64,000 nucleotides of DNA from Herminiimonas sp. (GTDB lineage Bacteria; Pseudomonadota; Gammaproteobacteria; Burkholderiales; Burkholderiaceae_D): assembly GCA_014377845.1 (NCBI GenBank), contig JACMOV010000221.1, positions 369 through 64,368 on the forward strand, given 5' to 3'. The notes under the pieces are model-generated. The model was not told the DNA's origin. It saw only the letters and a list, made by a program, of their open reading frames with translations, and made no database searches. Shown piece by piece: positions 37,197 through 49,642 of this stretch (positions are counted from its first letter, which is position 1; each line of letters opens with the position of its first letter). The position numbers and the translations under genes are program-made.

Positions 37197-39914
37197 ATGA
37201 CCATTTCCCTCCTTGCCTGCGAGCTGGCCTCGCGTTTCTACCAACGCTGGCGCGATGCCAGCCCGGATCGCGCCGCGCAGGTCGAGCAGGCGGCGGCTGC
37301 CGCGCTCACGCCCGCGGCATTGCAGCACATGCTGGACGCCGAAATCGCGGCCGGCATGCCGCTGCCGCGGGCCATGCGGCGCGTGCGCAACCTGCTGCTG
37401 GCGTCGCTGATCCGGCGCGACCTCGACGGCTTGGCCGGTCTGGCCGAGGTGGTGGCCAGCATGACGTTGCTCGCCGATTTTGCAGTGGCAACGCAGCTGC
37501 GGGCGGTCCAGGCGGAGATGGAAGGACTGCACGGCATACCGATCGGCGGCGAGTCCGGCCGGCCGCAACGCCTGATCGTGCTCGGCATGGGCAAGCTCGG
37601 CGGCAGCGAACTGAATGTCTCCTCCGATATCGACCTGATCTTCGTCTACCCGGAAGATGGCGAGACCCGCATCGATGCACCGGCGCAGAAGGCTTTGTCG
37701 AATCACGAATTCTTCACGCGCGTCGGCAAGCGGCTGATCGCGGCGCTGTCGGAAGTCACCGAGGATGGCTTCGTCTTCCGGGTCGACATGGCGCTGCGGC
37801 CGAACGGCGCTTCCGGCCCGCTGGCCGCTTGTTTCAACATGCTGGAACAGTATCTGATCGTGCAGGGCCGCGAATGGGAACGCTACGCCTGGGTCAAGGC
37901 GCGCGCCGTCACCGGCGAGGCCGACGACATCGCTGCGCTGGAGGCGATCGTAAAACCCTTCGTCTACCGGCGCTATCTCGATTTCGGCTCGATCGATGCG
38001 ATCCGCACCATGCACGGCCAGATCCGCGCCGAAGTCGTGCGGCAGGAAACCCGCCATCCCGAGCGCAGCGACAACGTCAAGCTGGGCCGCGGCGGGATCC
38101 GCGAAATCGAATTTCTGGTGCAGGTGTTCCAGCTCATTCGCGGTGGCCGCGACGCCAGCCTGCGCGATCGCTCGACCCGCACCGTGCTGCAGACGCTGGG
38201 CGTCAAACGCCTGCTGACACCGGAGACCGTCACGGCGCTCGAGGATGCTTATACGTTCCTGCGCAACCTGGAACACCGGCTGCAGTACGTGGAGGACGCG
38301 CAGACCCACGCCCTGCCGCCCGCTGACGCAGCACGGCTCGCAGTGGCGCAGATGATGGGCATGCCGGATGCATCGACCTTGCTGACGGCGCTGGAAATGC
38401 ATCGCACGCTGGTGGCGGCGCAGTTCGACACGATCTTCAGCGAAAAGAACAATGGCCAGCCAAACGGCGAAGACGGCGCCCCAGCGCCGACGGCCCTGAC
38501 CGAGACCGATGCAATCGAGACCATCGTGGCGCGCCTGGCCGATCTTGCTTTCGACGACCCGCAGAGCTCAGGCGAGCGGCTGCTTTCGACATTGCAGTCC
38601 TCGCGCATGCAATCGCTGCCCGACACCAGCCGCAAGCAGCTGCTGGCGCTGATCAACGCCTGTCTGCCATTGATCGCCGCCGGTGTCGACAACCGCACCG
38701 TCACGTTTCGCCGCATCCTGGATTTCTTCGAGGCGATTGCCCGCCGCGCCGCATACCTGGCGCTGCTGACCGAGTATCCGCATGCGCTCAAACGGGTAAT
38801 CCGCATGATGAGCGCCAGCGACTGGGCGGCGCAATACCTGACGCGCCATCCGTTGTTGCTCGATGAGTTGCTGGATGACCGGACCCTGACCGCGCCACCC
38901 GACTGGGAGGCCTTCGCGGCAGACTGCGAGGCGCAATTGCACGCCACCGCCGGCGACACCGAACGGCAGCTCGACGTGCTGCGCGAACTGCATCATGCGC
39001 AGCAGCTGCGGCTGCTGGCGCAGGACCTCGAAGGTGCGGTCACGGTCGAGCAACTCGCAGACAATCTTTCGACGCTGGCCGACATCCTGGTCGCGCAGAC
39101 GATCCAGGCGATCTGGCTGACCCTGCCGGACCGCCACCTGGACGAGCCGCGCTTTGCAGTCATCGCCTACGGCAAACTGGGCGGCAAGGAGCTGGGTTAT
39201 GCCTCCGATCTCGACCTCGTGTTCCTGTTCGACGACGCCGACCCGGATGCGCCGGCACGCTATGCACGACTGGCGCAGCGCTTCATCACCTGGATGACCA
39301 GCCACACTGCCGCCGGCATCCTGTTCGACATCGACATTGCGCTGCGGCCGGATGGCGCCAGCGGCTTGCTGGTGACGAGTGTCGACGCGTTTGAAAAATA
39401 CCAGGCGCGTTCGGCCTGGCAGTGGGAGCACCAGGCGCTGACGCGGGCGCGATTTTGCGCAGGCAACCGCGCCATCGGCGAGCGCTTCGAAGCGATCCGG
39501 ATCGCCGTGCTGCGCCGCGAGCGGGATGCCGACGCCCTGAAACACGACGTGCTCGACATGCGGCGAAAGCTGCAGAATGCCCATCCGAACCGCACCGCCC
39601 TGTTCGACCTCAAGCAGGACAAGGGCGGCATGATCGACATCGAATTCATGGTGCAGTACCTGGTTCTGCAGCATGCGGCCAAGTACCCGCAACTGACCGA
39701 GGACATCGGCAATATCGGGCTACTGAAACGCTGCGGTGCGCTCGGCCTGATCGACCCCGAAGGCGCATTGCGGGTGGCGGATGCCTACCGGACCTTCCGA
39801 AAATTACAGCATCAGGTACGGTTGCAGGGGACGGAGCAGGCGCGTGTCGACGTTGGCCGGATCATGCAGGGGGTCGCTGCCGTCGTCGATCTTTGGGCGC
39901 AAATCTTTGCTTGA
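37197..39914 (+). CDS. glnE: Bifunctional glutamine synthetase adenylyltransferase / adenylyl-removing enzyme
   Basis: Two nucleotidyltransferase cores, 'GKLGGSELNVSSDIDLIFVY' and 'GKLGGKELGYASDLDLVFLF'. Confidence 0.95.
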   Translation: MTISLLACELASRFYQRWRDASPDRAAQVEQAAAAALTPAALQHMLDAEIAAGMPLPRAMRRVRNLLLASLIRRDLDGLAGLAEVVASMTLLADFAVATQLRAVQAEMEGLHGIPIGGESGRPQRLIVLGMGKLGGSELNVSSDIDLIFVYPEDGETRIDAPAQKALSNHEFFTRVGKRLIAALSEVTEDGFVFRVDMALRPNGASGPLAACFNMLEQYLIVQGREWERYAWVKARAVTGEADDIAALEAIVKPFVYRRYLDFGSIDAIRTMHGQIRAEVVRQETRHPERSDNVKLGRGGIREIEFLVQVFQLIRGGRDASLRDRSTRTVLQTLGVKRLLTPETVTALEDAYTFLRNLEHRLQYVEDAQTHALPPADAARLAVAQMMGMPDASTLLTALEMHRTLVAAQFDTIFSEKNNGQPNGEDGAPAPTALTETDAIETIVARLADLAFDDPQSSGERLLSTLQSSRMQSLPDTSRKQLLALINACLPLIAAGVDNRTVTFRRILDFFEAIARRAAYLALLTEYPHALKRVIRMMSASDWAAQYLTRHPLLLDELLDDRTLTAPPDWEAFAADCEAQLHATAGDTERQLDVLRELHHAQQLRLLAQDLEGAVTVEQLADNLSTLADILVAQTIQAIWLTLPDRHLDEPRFAVIAYGKLGGKELGYASDLDLVFLFDDADPDAPARYARLAQRFITWMTSHTAAGILFDIDIALRPDGASGLLVTSVDAFEKYQARSAWQWEHQALTRARFCAGNRAIGERFEAIRIAVLRRERDADALKHDVLDMRRKLQNAHPNRTALFDLKQDKGGMIDIEFMVQYLVLQHAAKYPQLTEDIGNIGLLKRCGALGLIDPEGALRVADAYRTFRKLQHQVRLQGTEQARVDVGRIMQGVAAVVDLWAQIFA

Positions 39915-39926
39915 AACCTACGCAGG

Positions 39927-40784
39927 TCAGCGCACGCGTTTCTGTTTCAGCGAAAAAGTCAGATTACCCCACAGGCTGTCCCAATCGTCCTCGGTCGAGT
40001 CGGTGGTGGGGATCATGTGCACCACGCTGAGCATCCAGGTGCCGGCATACGGCAGGTTGGTGGCAAACTTGCCGGCCGCATCCGTGCGGGCCCGGATCAT
40101 CACGGTCTGGTCGTCGTGCAGGTACCAGGCCTTGACCAGCGCATTGGCCAGCGGCTTCTGCTCGAACAGCAGCGTGAAGTGCAGCGTGTCGCCGACGCCG
40201 GCCGTCAGCGGATTGTCGATCGGCACGATCTCGAAGCGCTGGCCGGTATGCACGGCAAAGGTCGCATCCGACTTGCCGCCGACTTCTACCAGCGTCTTGA
40301 CGTAGCGCCGGTAGCGTTCCCGCGCCGGCGTCGATCCGATGTTCGCCGCTTCGCGCTGCTTGACGATCTCGTCCATGCCTTCGTCGTGCAGATAGGCGTG
40401 GAATTTTCCGGCTTCCAGTGTGATGCGGTTCGGATGACTGTCGTAGGAGAACATGTGGGTGCCCGGTTTTTCCAGCCGCACCTTGAACTCGCCGACGGTC
40501 GGCGTGGTCGCCACGTGCCCCAGGAGGTCATGATCGAAGCCGAGCCCGTAATGGTGGAACGCCGCGACATACTGGGTCGAAAACGCGATCACGTCGCCGT
40601 TGAAGTATTCGCCGACGTTCAGCGACAGATGCGTGACGCCGTTCGGCGCCACCGAAAACGGCTGGGGCATCATCCAGAATTCGTGGGCGGATGCCGGGCC
40701 CGCCAGCGCACAGCAGAGACCGAGCAGCAGGATGGATGCGTGGCGCAGGCGATGGAGAATAGAAGTCATGAGCTCGATGTACAT
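39927..40784 (-). CDS. DUF4198 domain periplasmic protein
   Basis: A signal peptide ending in 'ASAHEFWMMP', and a beta-rich sequence. There is an alternative start at 40769. Confidence 0.8.
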   Translation of the reverse strand: MYIELMTSILHRLRHASILLLGLCCALAGPASAHEFWMMPQPFSVAPNGVTHLSLNVGEYFNGDVIAFSTQYVAAFHHYGLGFDHDLLGHVATTPTVGEFKVRLEKPGTHMFSYDSHPNRITLEAGKFHAYLHDEGMDEIVKQREAANIGSTPARERYRRYVKTLVEVGGKSDATFAVHTGQRFEIVPIDNPLTAGVGDTLHFTLLFEQKPLANALVKAWYLHDDQTVMIRARTDAAGKFATNLPYAGTWMLSVVHMIPTTDSTEDDWDSLWGNLTFSLKQKRVR

Positions 40785-40827
40785 GTAAAAAAATGGACCG
40801 CTTCACACGATCCATCTTGTATACGCA

Positions 40828-40861
40828 AAGCAGGCGCAAACGGTTTCGTTTGCGCCTGCTT
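40828..40861 (-). terminator. Hairpin terminator after gap
   Basis: Perfect 14-bp stem AAGCAGGCGCAAAC / GTTTGCGCCTGCTT with a 6-nt loop, 5 nt past the gap stop. The U-tract is weak. Confidence 0.6.
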
Positions 40862-40866
40862 GAATC

Positions 40867-41892
<1,026 letters not shown>

Positions 41893-41956
41893 TCAATGAT
41901 TGCTGCCGATGCCGAACACGGCAGCGAATGGAAAGCGCTTGTCAAATCATGTGGGT

Positions 41957-43963
41957 TCAGGCCAGCGTCCGCTCGACGGCCGCGACGACCTTGTCCACCG
42001 TAAATCCAAAATGCTTGAACAGCACGCCCGCCGGCGCCGATTCGCCAAAGGTGTCGATGCCGACCACGGCGCCATCGAGGCCGACGTACTTGTGCCAGAA
42101 GGCGGTCACACCGGCTTCGACTGCGACGCGCGGCAATGCGCGCGGCAACACGCTGGCGCGGTAGGCTGCATCCTGGCGATCGAAGACATCGGTCGACGGC
42201 ATCGAGACCACGCGCACCGGGATCGACTTTGCGGCCAGCGCCTTGGCCGCCTGCATCGCCAGTTCGACTTCCGAACCGGTCGCGATCAGGATCGCCTTCG
42301 CATCCGGCGCATCCAGCAGGACATAGCCGCCGCGCGCGATGGCTGCGACCTGTTGCGCAGAACGCTGCTGGAACTGCAGGTTCTGGCGCGAAAAGATCAG
42401 GGTGCTCGGACCGTTGCGGCGCTTGACCGACTCTTTCCAGGCCACGGCGGATTCGGTGGTGTCGCACGGACGCCAGTTGTCGAGATTCGGAATCAGGCGC
42501 AGGCTCGATACATGTTCGACCGACTGATGGGTCGGGCCGTCTTCGCCGAGACCGATCGAGTCGTGCGTGAAGACGAACAGCGAACGGAGCTTCATCAGCG
42601 CAGCCATGCGCAGGGCATTGCGGCTGTAGTCGGAAAACGTCAGGAAGGTCGCACCGAACGGCAGGTAGCCGCCATGCAGGGCGATGCCGTTCATGATCGC
42701 GCTCATGCCGAATTCGCGTACGCCGTAATTGATGTGGTTGCCCGGCTGGTCGTGGCGCACCGCGATCGACTCCTTCCAGTTGGTCAGGTTCGAGCCGGTC
42801 AGGTCGGCCGAACCGCCGAGGAACTCCGGCAGCACCTGGGCCAGCGCCTGGATCGTGTTCTGGCTGGCCTTGCGGGTGGCGATGGTTTCCTGCTGGTCGA
42901 CGCAGGCGGCGATGAATGCGTCGGCGACGGTGTCGAAATTCGCTGGCAGGTCGCCGGCCATGCGGCGCTGCAGTTCCGCGGCTTCCTTCGGAAACTGCGC
43001 GGCATAGGCAACGGCGAGGTCGCGCCATGCGCCGTGCACCTTGGCGCCGGCCGGCTTTGCATCCCATGCGGTGTAGACGTCGGCCGGGATCTCGAATGGT
43101 GCGGCAGTCCAGCCCAACGCTGCGCGCACTGCGGCGATTTCCTTGTCGCCGAGCGCGGCGCCGTGGACCTTGTCGGTGCCTTCCATGTTCGGCGACCCCT
43201 TGCCGATCACGGTCTTGCAGCAGATCAGGGTCGGCCGGTCGGCGGTCTTCGCGCTGGCGATGGCGGCGTCGACTGCCGCTACGCTGTGGCCGTCGATGGC
43301 CGGGATCACGTTCCAGCCGTAGGCTTCGAAGCGTTTAGGCGTGTCGTCGCCGAACCAGCCGGTCACGTGGCCGTCGATCGAGATGCCGTTGTCGTCGTAG
43401 AGCACGATCAGTTTCGACAAGCGCAGCACGCCAGCCAGCGAACAGGCTTCGTGCGAAATGCCTTCCATCAGGCAGCCGTCGCCGACGAACGCATAAGTGT
43501 AATGGTCGACGACGTCGAAACCCGGCTTGTTGAATTCGGCAGCCAGCAGTTTTTCGGCCAGCGCCATGCCGACCGCATTGGTCAGTCCTTGTCCCAGTGG
43601 ACCGGTGGTGGTCTCGATGCCCGGCGTGATGTCGACTTCCGGATGGCCCGGCGTCTTCGAGTGCATTTGCCGGAAGTTGCGCAGCTCATCCATCGGCAGG
43701 TCGTAGCCGGTCAGGTGGAGCAGCGCGTAGTGCAGCATCGAGCCGTGGCCGTTCGACAGCACGAAGCGATCCCGATTCGGCCAGCGCGGATTGGCCGGAT
43801 CATGCCGATAGTGGCGCGACCACAGCGCGACGGCGATCTCGGCCATGCCCATCGGCATGCCGGGGTGACCGGAGTTGGCTTTTTGGACCGCATCCATCGC
43901 GAGTGCGCGGATTGCATTGGCCATGTTCTGTTGTACGGGCGGATTCGAAAGCGTGGAAGTCAT
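41957..43963 (-). CDS. tkt: Transketolase
   Basis: '[12 protein letters not shown]' and '[13 protein letters not shown]'. Length is 668 aa. Confidence 0.97.
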   Translation of the reverse strand: MTSTLSNPPVQQNMANAIRALAMDAVQKANSGHPGMPMGMAEIAVALWSRHYRHDPANPRWPNRDRFVLSNGHGSMLHYALLHLTGYDLPMDELRNFRQMHSKTPGHPEVDITPGIETTTGPLGQGLTNAVGMALAEKLLAAEFNKPGFDVVDHYTYAFVGDGCLMEGISHEACSLAGVLRLSKLIVLYDDNGISIDGHVTGWFGDDTPKRFEAYGWNVIPAIDGHSVAAVDAAIASAKTADRPTLICCKTVIGKGSPNMEGTDKVHGAALGDKEIAAVRAALGWTAAPFEIPADVYTAWDAKPAGAKVHGAWRDLAVAYAAQFPKEAAELQRRMAGDLPANFDTVADAFIAACVDQQETIATRKASQNTIQALAQVLPEFLGGSADLTGSNLTNWKESIAVRHDQPGNHINYGVREFGMSAIMNGIALHGGYLPFGATFLTFSDYSRNALRMAALMKLRSLFVFTHDSIGLGEDGPTHQSVEHVSSLRLIPNLDNWRPCDTTESAVAWKESVKRRNGPSTLIFSRQNLQFQQRSAQQVAAIARGGYVLLDAPDAKAILIATGSEVELAMQAAKALAAKSIPVRVVSMPSTDVFDRQDAAYRASVLPRALPRVAVEAGVTAFWHKYVGLDGAVVGIDTFGESAPAGVLFKHFGFTVDKVVAAVERTLA

Positions 43964-44168
43964 GTCGGCGAGTGGGCGATGAAGCGGCTTGATTGAAAGA
44001 CGACGCGCCTCGTGTAGACGGAAGCGCGTCCTGCAGCATGGGAAGGCCGATATTTTACCACTGCGACTTCAACGGACTAGAATCGGCCCTTGCGGCGTTT
44101 GCAGGGAAATCGCAGTGTGCCGACTCCCGACGCGCCCGAATGCCGCCGTTATTTTCAAGGATCTGCCC

Positions 44169-44894
44169 ATGCCACGTTTTTTTTGCGACCAGCCCCTTTC
44201 GATCGGGGCCGTGTTCGATCTGCCGTCCGCGCTGGCGCATCACGTGCAGGTGCTGCGCCTGGCGCCGGGCGCGCTGGTCACGCTGTTCAACGGCACCGGC
44301 GGTGAGTTCACGGCATGCATCGGGACGATCGACCGCAAGGTGGTCACTGTAGAAGTGAAGGCGTTCTCGGCGCGCGAGGCGGAACTGCCTTACGCGATCA
44401 CGATCGCGCAAGCAATGCCGGAAGGGTCGAAGATGGACTGGATCGTCGAAAAGGCGGTCGAGCTGGGCGCCACTGCCTTCCATCCGCTGGCCGCGCAACG
44501 CTGCGTGGTGCGACTGGCCGGCGAACGCGCCGAAAAACGGGTGCAGCACTGGCGGGCGATCGCGGTCTCCGCCGCCGAGCAGAGCGGCCGCAACCGGGTC
44601 ATGCAGGTAGCCGACATCGACGGCTTCGAGCGCTATGCCAGCCAGCAGGACTTGCACCTGCGGATTCTGCTGACGCCGGACGCCGACAACTCCCTGTCGC
44701 AGTGGGCGCGCCACCAGCCGCCGCAATCGGTGAGCCTGATGATCGGCCCAGAGGGCGGCTTCAGCGCCGAGGAACAGGTGCACGCCGGCGCCAACGGGGT
44801 GCTGGTGCTGAGCATGGGATCGCGCGTGTTGCGCACCGAAACCGCCGGCCTGGCGGCACTGGCTGCCTTGAATGCGGTCTGGGGCGAGATGTAA
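44169..44894 (+). CDS. rsmE: 16S rRNA (uracil1498-N3)-methyltransferase
   Basis: 'MPRFFCDQPL' and 'LMIGPEGGFSAEE'. Confidence 0.9.
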   Translation: MPRFFCDQPLSIGAVFDLPSALAHHVQVLRLAPGALVTLFNGTGGEFTACIGTIDRKVVTVEVKAFSAREAELPYAITIAQAMPEGSKMDWIVEKAVELGATAFHPLAAQRCVVRLAGERAEKRVQHWRAIAVSAAEQSGRNRVMQVADIDGFERYASQQDLHLRILLTPDADNSLSQWARHQPPQSVSLMIGPEGGFSAEEQVHAGANGVLVLSMGSRVLRTETAGLAALAALNAVWGEM

Positions 44895-44987
44895 CGTGAA
44901 CCAGGCTGCGGCCGCCGATGCGCCGGGCTGGCACCGAATGCATCTATAATCATGGGCTTTGCAACCCTGCGCCCTCCGGCTTCCTGA

Positions 44988-45968
44988 ATGAAGGTTTTTC
45001 GCGGACTTCCCAATGCGGCATCGCGTGCGCCCTGTGCGCTGGCGATCGGCAACTTCGACGGCGTTCATCGCGGCCACCAGGCCCTGCTGGCCCAATTGCG
45101 CGCGGCCGCCGACCGGCTCGGCGTCGATGCGGCCGTGATGACCTTCGAGCCGCATCCGCGTGAATTCTTTGCCATGAAGAGCGGCGACATCACGCGCGCC
45201 CCGGCCCGGATCGCCAACCTGCGCGACAAGCTGCAGTCATTGGCCAACGCCGGCGTCGATCGCGTCATCGTCGAGCACTTCAATGCCCAGTTCGCCGCCC
45301 TGTCGCCGGAAGATTTCGTTGAACACGTGCTGGTCGAAGGACTGCACGCGCGCTGGCTGCTGGTCGGCGAAGATTTCTGCTACGGCGCCCGGCGCGCCGG
45401 CAATATCGCGACCCTGGTCGAGGCCGGCCGCCGGCACGGCTTCGAGGTGGTGACGCTGCCGACGGTGCTGCACGGCGCTGACCGGATTTCCTCGTCGGCG
45501 GTGCGGCAAGCGCTGCAGGCGGGCGACTTCGTGCGAACGCGCGAACTGCTCGGCCATCCCTACCGGATTTCCGGCCACGTGATTCACGGCCAGAAACTGG
45601 GACGCACGCTCGGCTTCCCTACCCTGAACCTGCGATTGCCGCATTGCCGGCCGGCGCTGTCGGGCATCTTCGTGGTGCAGGTCCATGGTCTCGCCGACCA
45701 GCCGCTGCCGGGCGTGGCCAGCCTCGGCGTGCGGCCGACGGTGGACGACAGCGGCCGCGTGCTTCTGGAAACCCATGTCTTCGATTTTGCGCAGCAGTGC
45801 TACGGCAAGCTGGTGCAGGTCGAATTCCTGGAGAAGCTGCGCGACGAAGAAAAATATGTCGACCTGCCGACCCTGACGGCCGCCATCGAAGCCGATGCGG
45901 CGCAAGCGCGTGCGTGCTTTCGGCGCCGCGACGAGGCGCGCACCGCGACCGACCGAATTCGAGTGTAG
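44988..45968 (+). CDS. ribF: Bifunctional riboflavin kinase / FAD synthetase
   Basis: 'AIGNFDGVHRGHQAL' and 'LGFPTLNL'. Confidence 0.95.
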   Translation: MKVFRGLPNAASRAPCALAIGNFDGVHRGHQALLAQLRAAADRLGVDAAVMTFEPHPREFFAMKSGDITRAPARIANLRDKLQSLANAGVDRVIVEHFNAQFAALSPEDFVEHVLVEGLHARWLLVGEDFCYGARRAGNIATLVEAGRRHGFEVVTLPTVLHGADRISSSAVRQALQAGDFVRTRELLGHPYRISGHVIHGQKLGRTLGFPTLNLRLPHCRPALSGIFVVQVHGLADQPLPGVASLGVRPTVDDSGRVLLETHVFDFAQQCYGKLVQVEFLEKLRDEEKYVDLPTLTAAIEADAAQARACFRRRDEARTATDRIRV

Positions 45969-46043
45969 CGGCCGCCCTGCCCGGCTTTCCGGCATTCGAC
46001 CTTGCACCGCAACCTACAAACGATCACCGCAGACTGAGCCCCC

Positions 46044-48968
46044 ATGTCCGACCACAATCAAAAGAATTCGCAGAACGCGCCCGGTACCAAGACGGCCGAC
46101 AAGGCCAAGGGCAAGCCGGAGGGCAAGGCACTGAGCCGCTACCCGGTCAACATGACCGACACGCCGTTCCCGATGCGCGGCGACCTCGCCAAGCGCGAGC
46201 CGGGCTGGGTCGCCCAGTGGCAGCAGCAACGCGTCTACCAGAAAATCCGCAAGGCCTCCACTGACCGTCCGAAATTCATCCTGCACGACGGCCCGCCGTA
46301 TGCCAACGGCGACATCCACATCGGCCATGCGGTCAACAAGATCCTGAAGGACATGGTCGTCAAGACGCGCCAGATGAGCGGCTTCGACGCCCAGTACGTG
46401 CCAGGCTGGGATTGCCACGGCATGCCGATCGAGATCCAGATCGAAAAACAGTACGGCAAGAGCCTGCCGACGCTGGAAGTCCTGCAGAAATCGCGCGCTT
46501 ACGCCACCGAGCAGATCGAACGCCAGAAGAAGGATTTCATCCGCCTGGGCGTGCTCGGCGAATGGGACCGGCCGTACAAGACCATGGACTTCGGCAATGA
46601 AGCCGACGAGCTGCGCGCACTCGGCAAGCTGCTCGAAAAAGGCTACGTCTATCGCGGCCTGAAACCGGTCAACTGGTGCTTCGATTGCGGCTCCGCGCTG
46701 GCCGAGGCCGAGGTCGAATACCAGGACAAGCGCGACCCGGCGATCGACGTCGCATTCCCTTTTGCCGAGCCGCAGAAGATCGCCGCCGCGTTCGGCCTGG
46801 CGACACTGCCGACCGAGCATGGCTACTGCGTGATCTGGACCACGACACCCTGGACGATTCCCGCCAACCAGGCGCTGAACATGCACCCGGAGTTCGATTA
46901 TGCGCTGGTGCAGAGCGAGCGCAACGGCGTGCCGACGCTGCTGATCCTGGCCGAGGCGCTGGTCGAATCCTGCCTGGCGCGCTGGGGGATGGCCGGCAGC
47001 GTGATCGCCACGTGCAAGGGCGCCGCGCTGTCACTGATCAATTTCCATCATCCGCTGGCAAAGACCGATCCCGGCTACGACCGCCTGTCGCCGGTCTACC
47101 TTGGCGAGTACGTGACGCTCGATGCAGGCACGGGCATCGTGCATTCATCGCCCGCCTACGGCATCGAAGACTTCATCTCCTGCAAGGCGCACGGGATGAA
47201 GGACGACGACATGCTCAACCCGGTCATGGGAGATGGCCGCTATGCGTCATGGCTGCCGTTCTTCGGCGGCCTGACGATCTGGGAAGCCTCCAAGCCGATC
47301 TGTTCCAAGCTCGAAGAAGCCGGCACGCTGTTCAAGCTGGTGATGTTCGATCACAGCTACATGCACTGCTGGCGCCACAAGACACCGATCATCTATCGCG
47401 CCACCTCGCAGTGGTTTGCCGGCATGGACATCACCCCGAAGGATGGCGGCCCGACCCTGCGCCAGACCGCCCTGCGCAGCATCGAGGAAACCACGTTCTA
47501 CCCGGGCTGGGGCAAGGCACGCCTGCACGGCATGATCGCCAACCGGCCGGACTGGACACTCTCGCGCCAGCGCCAGTGGGGTGTGCCGATGGCCTTCTTC
47601 GTGCATCGCGAAACTGGCGAGCTGCATCCGCGCACGCCGCAACTGATCGAAGCCATCGCCCAGCGCATCGAGCAGCACGGCATCGAAGCCTGGCAGACGC
47701 TCGAGCCGCGCGAGCTGCTCGGCGACGATGCCGACCTCTATGAAAAAAACCGCGACACGCTGGACGTCTGGTTCGATTCCGGATCGACCCACCAGACGGT
47801 GCTGCGTGGCTCGCACGCGGCCGAGTCGCAGTTCCCGGCTGATCTTTACCTGGAAGGCTCGGACCAGCATCGCGGCTGGTTTCATTCGTCGCTGCTGACC
47901 TCGTCCATGCTCAACGGCTGCGCGCCGTACAAGGCGCTGCTGACGCACGGCTTCGTGGTCGATGGCGAGGGCAAGAAGATGTCCAAGTCGAAGGGCAACG
48001 TGGTCGCGCCGCAAAAGGTATCCGATTCGCTCGGCGCTGAAATCCTGCGCCTGTGGGTGGCGGCGACCGACTATTCAGGCGAGCTGTCGATCTCCGACGA
48101 GATCCTGAAGCGCGTGACAGAAGCCTACCGCCGCATCCGCAATACGCTGCGCTTCCTCCTGGCCAACACCTCGGACTTCGACCCGGCCGTCAATGCGGTG
48201 CCGATCACGGAATTGCTGGAGATCGACCGCTACGCGATCGCCCACATGACCCAGGTACAGGCAGAGATCCTGCAGCGCTATCGCGACTATGAATTCCACC
48301 CGGTGATGTCGACGCTGCAGATGTACTGTTCCGAAGACCTGGGCGGCTTTTATCTCGATATCCTGAAGGACCGGCTCTACACCTGCAGTGTCGATTCGCA
48401 GCCGCGGCGCGCGGCGCAAACCGCGATCTGGCACATCACGCAATCGCTGCTGCGGGTGATGGCGCCGATCCTGTCGTTTACCGCCGAAGAAGCGTGGGCG
48501 ATCTTCGCCACGCCGGCGGCGCTGGCCGAGAGCGACGGCACGATCTTCACCCAGCTCTACCATGTGCTGCCGGGGATCGAGGGCGCCGACGCGCTGCTGG
48601 CCAAGTACGCCACGCTGCGCGCCGTGCGCGCCGAAGTCGCCAAGGAAGCGGAAGCAGTCCGGATCGCCGGCGGCATCGGCTCGTCGCTGCAGGCCGAAGT
48701 GACGATTGCCGCCAGCGGCGAGCGGCATGCGATGCTGGCGAGCCTGGGCGACGAGTTGAAAAACCTGCTGATCACCTCGCAGGCGACGGTGCGCGAAGTC
48801 GCCGGCGCGGATGCCGAATCGATCACGGTCACGCCATCGGCCCACGCGAAATGCGAACGCTGCTGGCACTACCGCGCTGATGTCGGCAGCCATGCCGACC
48901 ATCCGGGCCTGTGCAGCCGCTGCATGACCAACCTGTTCGGCGCCGGCGAAACCCGCCGGTTCGCATGA
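46044..48968 (+). CDS. ileS: Isoleucine--tRNA ligase
   Basis: '[16 protein letters not shown]' (HIGH), '[10 protein letters not shown]' (KMSKS), and C-terminal zinc motifs 'CERCWHY' and 'CSRC'. Confidence 0.98.
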   Translation: MSDHNQKNSQNAPGTKTADKAKGKPEGKALSRYPVNMTDTPFPMRGDLAKREPGWVAQWQQQRVYQKIRKASTDRPKFILHDGPPYANGDIHIGHAVNKILKDMVVKTRQMSGFDAQYVPGWDCHGMPIEIQIEKQYGKSLPTLEVLQKSRAYATEQIERQKKDFIRLGVLGEWDRPYKTMDFGNEADELRALGKLLEKGYVYRGLKPVNWCFDCGSALAEAEVEYQDKRDPAIDVAFPFAEPQKIAAAFGLATLPTEHGYCVIWTTTPWTIPANQALNMHPEFDYALVQSERNGVPTLLILAEALVESCLARWGMAGSVIATCKGAALSLINFHHPLAKTDPGYDRLSPVYLGEYVTLDAGTGIVHSSPAYGIEDFISCKAHGMKDDDMLNPVMGDGRYASWLPFFGGLTIWEASKPICSKLEEAGTLFKLVMFDHSYMHCWRHKTPIIYRATSQWFAGMDITPKDGGPTLRQTALRSIEETTFYPGWGKARLHGMIANRPDWTLSRQRQWGVPMAFFVHRETGELHPRTPQLIEAIAQRIEQHGIEAWQTLEPRELLGDDADLYEKNRDTLDVWFDSGSTHQTVLRGSHAAESQFPADLYLEGSDQHRGWFHSSLLTSSMLNGCAPYKALLTHGFVVDGEGKKMSKSKGNVVAPQKVSDSLGAEILRLWVAATDYSGELSISDEILKRVTEAYRRIRNTLRFLLANTSDFDPAVNAVPITELLEIDRYAIAHMTQVQAEILQRYRDYEFHPVMSTLQMYCSEDLGGFYLDILKDRLYTCSVDSQPRRAAQTAIWHITQSLLRVMAPILSFTAEEAWAIFATPAALAESDGTIFTQLYHVLPGIEGADALLAKYATLRAVRAEVAKEAEAVRIAGGIGSSLQAEVTIAASGERHAMLASLGDELKNLLITSQATVREVAGADAESITVTPSAHAKCERCWHYRADVGSHADHPGLCSRCMTNLFGAGETRRFA

Positions 48969-49011
48969 TGCCCTCGCCGTCACCGATCTTTTACCTCCTG
49001 AACTGAAGACC

Positions 49012-49515
49012 ATGGCATCCAGCAAAAATCGTTTTTCATCCAAGCCCAGCAGCAGCCTCATGCCATGGCTCGGGATCGCCCTGATCGTGATCCTGCTCGA
49101 CCAGGTCAGCAAGATCACGATCGCCAAGACCTTCGTCTATGCGCAGACCAAGGCGATCACCTCGTTCTTCAATCTCACCCTGGTCTACAACAAGGGCGCG
49201 GCCTTCAGTTTTCTGGCGGCCGAATCGGGCTGGCAGCGCTATCTCTTCACGGGGCTGGGCCTGGTTGCCGCGCTGGTGATCGTGATCCTGCTCAAGCGCC
49301 ACGCCGGACAGCGCTTGTTCTGCTGGGCGCTGGCGCTGATCCTCGGCGGCGCGATCGGTAACGTGATCGACCGGCTGCTGTATGGTCACGTGATCGACTT
49401 TCTCGACTTCTATATCCCGAGCTGGCACTTCCCGGCATTTAACGTGGCCGACAGTGCAATCTGCATTGGCGCTGCACTCTTCGTGCTGGACGAACTGCGG
49501 CGGGTAAACCGCTGA
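49012..49515 (+). CDS. lspA: Lipoprotein signal peptidase II
   Basis: '[11 protein letters not shown]' and 'FNVADSAI'. Confidence 0.95.
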   Translation: MASSKNRFSSKPSSSLMPWLGIALIVILLDQVSKITIAKTFVYAQTKAITSFFNLTLVYNKGAAFSFLAAESGWQRYLFTGLGLVAALVIVILLKRHAGQRLFCWALALILGGAIGNVIDRLLYGHVIDFLDFYIPSWHFPAFNVADSAICIGAALFVLDELRRVNR

Positions 49516-49568
49516 GGTCGCGGCCATCGCTTCCGGCTCCAACCGCGACTTCAACTGTTTCTGCAAGC

Positions 49569-49604
49569 GTTGCTACAAACGTCGCTACAAACCTTCCTAC
49601 AATC
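49569..49604. repeat. Three tandem 12-bp units upstream of coaBC
   Basis: The units are GTTGCTACAAAC GTCGCTACAAAC CTTCCTACAATC. Confidence 0.8.
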
Positions 49605-49642
49605 GTTAGCCCGGCAGCTGTCCGGCGACTTCAGGAGCACCG

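Noticed and set aside
36996-38402. 468-aa minus-strand ORF overlapping the 5' half of glnE.
   Set aside because: It is antisense to glnE, which carries two clear nucleotidyltransferase motifs. I use only its upstream ATG region as a possible yhdP start.
41900-43996. 698-aa plus-strand ORF and 401-aa minus-strand ORF (41862-43067) overlapping tkt.
   Set aside because: Transketolase in the third frame has the TPP-binding motifs. The others are out-of-frame or antisense artefacts.
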